DNA of 64,000 bases from Ylistrum balloti (Eukaryota). The stretch lies in contig NW_026782874.1 in NCBI RefSeq assembly GCF_031769215.1, positions 496,001 to 560,000 of the forward strand, written 5' to 3'. A program made the position numbers and the translations under genes. Shown piece by piece: positions 61,601 to 64,000 of this stretch (position 1 is its first letter; every line of letters begins with the position of its first letter). A model generated the notes under the pieces. The model was not told the origin of the DNA. It saw only the letters and a list, made by a program, of their open reading frames with translations, and made no database searches.

Positions 61601-63983
61601 CTTGTTGTATGTTGTAATACAAAATCACATCAATATGTTGTAAAGGACTAGCCGCAAGCAAATTTTGTTTTTGCCTGGATTTGATCACACGAGAAAATAA
61701 TGACAGTTTAAATAAATGAAGTAAAAATGGCATATAACTAGTACTTCTGTCCATTGCATTCCTTGAAAACTTGCAGTATACCTATGGTAGCTAACAGATT
61801 AAAAACTGACAACTTTCCAAGTTTGAAATGTGTGGTGACATACTGGTTTTTCTTTCTGTTTTGAAATGTTGATATTTACCGGTAGTGTTTTAATGAAAGC
61901 AGAGATAGGAAATATTCAGCGATTTTTTTCATACAGTTTGGGAAAATTGTTATATCAAATTTTTAGGAAAACTGACAAAATGTATTTGGCTGTGAAAAAA
62001 GAGCAACAAAATGAAATTTTGTGGGTGTGGTGTTAACATGAAAAATAAAATTCTTTGGGGATTGCTTGAAATAACAAATATAATTAGAAAGGTTATTGGA
62101 TTTGGCAAAAACTTATTTGTATACATCAGGGTTTTCCTTAAGAGCCGGTCGCTGGCCAATTTGACCAGCTACTTTGATCATTTGGCCGTCTAAACCAATC
62201 CAGTTCCGTAATAATGCTCCGTACACGACTACACATACATGGCAGGCCACCCCCACCTTGCCGCGTTGCGGCTCGGGTCAGCTTGCTTTGCCAGCCTTCT
62301 ACTTTCACTACACAGCCTACTACTAACACAATAATGGAAAACCCTGATACATGCTTGGATATTGAATAAATTTTATTGTATGGATGGTTGGGGTAAAAAA
62401 TAAGTGCCTCCTGAACACCCTCCCCATTTCAATTCTGGAACAGCCTTAAGTCAAAACAAGATACCTGCAACAGACAAGCCAGACTGTAATTTCACAGGCA
62501 AAGTCAAGTCAATGTTGATTCATTAGAAATAAAAACAAGCTGAGCAGGAGCTCAAATAGACATACCCTTGACCCTATCACATTTTTCTTCTGATCTAAAT
62601 CTATAGAGAGGTCAATCTATATAGGAGTTCATTAAATATATTATACAAAAGCTTTTTATTTCAAAAATGGTCAACAATGACCTTTGACCTTTTATCCTCC
62701 ACAAATAATTTGTGCATAAATTTTCAAGTTGACAGATGACAACCGAAATCCAGTCAGGTGGTATGATGATCATTGATGTTATGAAGTGAAAATGAAACCA
62801 AATCTGTCCATAGGTTACAAGGTATCAAAATTTAAACCATCACAAATTCCGTAAAGCAATTCTGTAACAAGCCAGGTGAAAAAATTCTTCAAAAACAAAA
62901 AATAAGCATGTAAACATTGTAGTTAACCTTGTTAGTGTTTAGGATACCTCACAGTAAACATCACTCTCTTGAAATAAATAAATTAAGCAAAAAAGATAAG
63001 AATCTACTCATGCAGGCACATTGTATATCCTTATTTTGTCTACAGAAGGATACGCTAAAAGAAACTTGGCTTCAGAAGTCACTTCTTTCCTTTACCATTC
63101 TACCTCTGGTAAATGGACACTTACCATCAGCTCCAATCTTTAAGGCACCCCCTTTCTGAAAGTCAAATACAAACTTTCATTAATTATACACTTCCTTCAT
63201 CTATCAGTCACTTTTCATCAATAATGTCTGCCTCTATTACAACTTTCTTGTGATATGTTATGTTTTCAGTCATACAGCTCAGAAAATATGCATAAACATA
63301 CATTCTAGGCTGGTTTAAGTCCTACACTGGTATTATGGAGAGGACAATCAGAGAATAATGTCTGTGAAATATATACACAATTCAAAAAACACAACTGGAT
63401 CTCAACTATTCCTGTTATGATAAACATATGTACTAACATATATTCATAGTTAATTTCTAAAAGAGAAACAGTAAATTCCTTTACACTAGATCCTATAATG
63501 TAATCTCCTGATTCATGTTTAAATTCTGACAATAAATGCACAATGACTAAACACAACTTTTTAACTACTCCATGTTACATTCAGTCTGGTCTTAAACATG
63601 TTAATATTCAGCGTAGAAACAACAACTGGTTATATCTTGTATTTATCTAAAACTGGTACACAAGGCAATCAATGGAAATTCATGTCCACTGACTGTAAGC
63701 TTGTATCAAAATCAATTGATCCAAATTGTACAGAGTTTTCCCAGACATTATTCTTGAAAAAATAATCTGATTATACTTTAATTAAAATACCAAAATGAAT
63801 ACCATTCAGAGACTTTGTAAAAACATTAATAACATATTGCAGATGCAAATTTACAGTTATCTCCCTTAAAGTATAATACCTTGACTGCAGCAGCAAATAT
63901 ACAGAGGCGACAGCACCACTCCACCTCCTCCTCGATCACATATTCATCATCAATGGTAGGATTATGACATTCCTGGTGGTATC
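46671..63983 (-). CDS. Pcl: Polycomb-like protein (ortholog of vertebrate MTF2/PHF1/PHF19), 5'-partial: end of PHD1, PHD2, winged-helix EH domain, C-terminal chromo-like domain
   Basis: Exons 63983-63880, 63155-63125, 61370-61330, 60944-60868, 59793-59741, 59385-59274, 58894-58771, 57675-57608, 56512-56339, 52156-52051, 47408-46671. All are GT-AG and in phase. Translation includes [91 protein letters not shown] and [40 protein letters not shown]. The Tudor domain and the start of PHD1 lie beyond the window end. Confidence 0.95.
47598..48774. repeat. 51-bp minisatellite, about 23 copies, in the last Pcl intron
   Basis: Unit ACAAGAAACCCATGGGCCTTAACGGTCATCAGACTATAAAGTCCTATATAT. It produces the ([17 protein letters not shown])n ORFs. 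Confidence 0.97.
48775..49945 (-). mobile_element. Degenerate HINE-like element with 160-185-bp internal repeats
   Basis: AAATTTGGTTGAAATCCA-type repeats near 49156, 49342, 49501, 49659 and 49823. The minus-strand 3' end TTGAGCGATAC..AGGC-TTCTTTT-GCCT-GTTT resembles the 3' end of the 39835-41555 element, and a 5'-end-like stretch lies at 49900-49945. Confidence 0.6.
50430..51446 (-). mobile_element. Decayed pogo-family element with a CENP-B/Tc5-type HTH fragment, in the last Pcl intron
   Basis: Peptide [28 protein letters not shown] resembles the HTH_Tnp_Tc5 consensus. Degenerate inverted ends: TACCAGAAATTTGTGCCTATAGTG at 50430 versus the reverse complement CATCATAAATTTTTGGGTATAGTG of 51423-51446. 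Confidence 0.6.
56991..57541. mobile_element. MITE with CAGGG termini (hAT-like), 551 bp, 5-bp TSD AACAT
   Basis: TIRs CAGGGCTAGAAAAAACCA / CAGGGTTAGAAAAATCCA (16/18). AACAT lies immediately on both sides. A perfect 13-bp internal hairpin spans 57027-57060. Confidence 0.85.
59940..60752 (-). mobile_element. Degenerate HINE-like repeat containing a 47-bp minisatellite, in a Pcl intron
   Basis: A diverged internal duplication (ACCATCT..GATCATTTC.G.CAA.TTTCAGCTGAAT at about 60050 and about 60340) and a HINE-5'-like end near 60752. Confidence 0.45.
60356..60688. repeat. 47-bp minisatellite, about 7 copies
   Basis: Unit TTCTGACAAATTTCAGCTGAATCCCGCTGGTGAAACTCGAGTAGAAT (TGACAAA at 60361 and 60408). 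Confidence 0.95.
62127..62346. mobile_element. 220-bp MITE with CAGGG termini (hAT-like), 6-bp TSD ATACAT
   Basis: Perfect 11-bp TIR CAGGGTTTTCC / GGAAAACCCTG, flanked on both sides by ATACAT. The interior is GC- and CpG-rich inside a CpG-poor intron. Confidence 0.88.
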
Positions 63984-64000
63984 CTGACAAAGAACAATAC

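Overview
AT-rich, intron-containing animal DNA, probably a bivalve mollusc such as an oyster (inferred from gene content and repeat families). I rebuilt four minus-strand spliced genes by hand from GT-AG junctions with consistent reading phase. (1) A complete FOXRED1 (9 coding exons, 508 aa). (2, 3) A tandem pair of paralogous secreted proteins, gene A (804 aa) and gene B (726 aa). Both run signal peptide - lysozyme/lytic-transglycosylase-like (GH23/SLT-motif) domain - VWA domain with intact MIDAS - unannotated beta-rich domain - 3 or 4 four-cysteine chitin-binding-type repeats. (4) The 3' two-thirds of Polycomb-like (Pcl/MTF2), from the end of PHD1 to the C-terminal chromo-like domain. The best candidate for an undescribed system is the paralog pair. 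It resembles Pif97/BMSP shell-matrix proteins but carries an extra N-terminal muramidase-like domain, whose putative catalytic Glu is kept in gene B (E61) and replaced by Gln in gene A (Q63), suggesting an enzyme/pseudo-enzyme pair. The window also holds Helentron-associated (HINE-like) elements, pogo/Tigger relics, two CAGGG-ended MITEs with 5- and 6-bp TSDs, a LINE 3' end and seven minisatellites. One minisatellite is built from a Helentron 3' terminus and another from an exon/splice-donor junction. All homology calls are motif recognition by eye; no database search was run.
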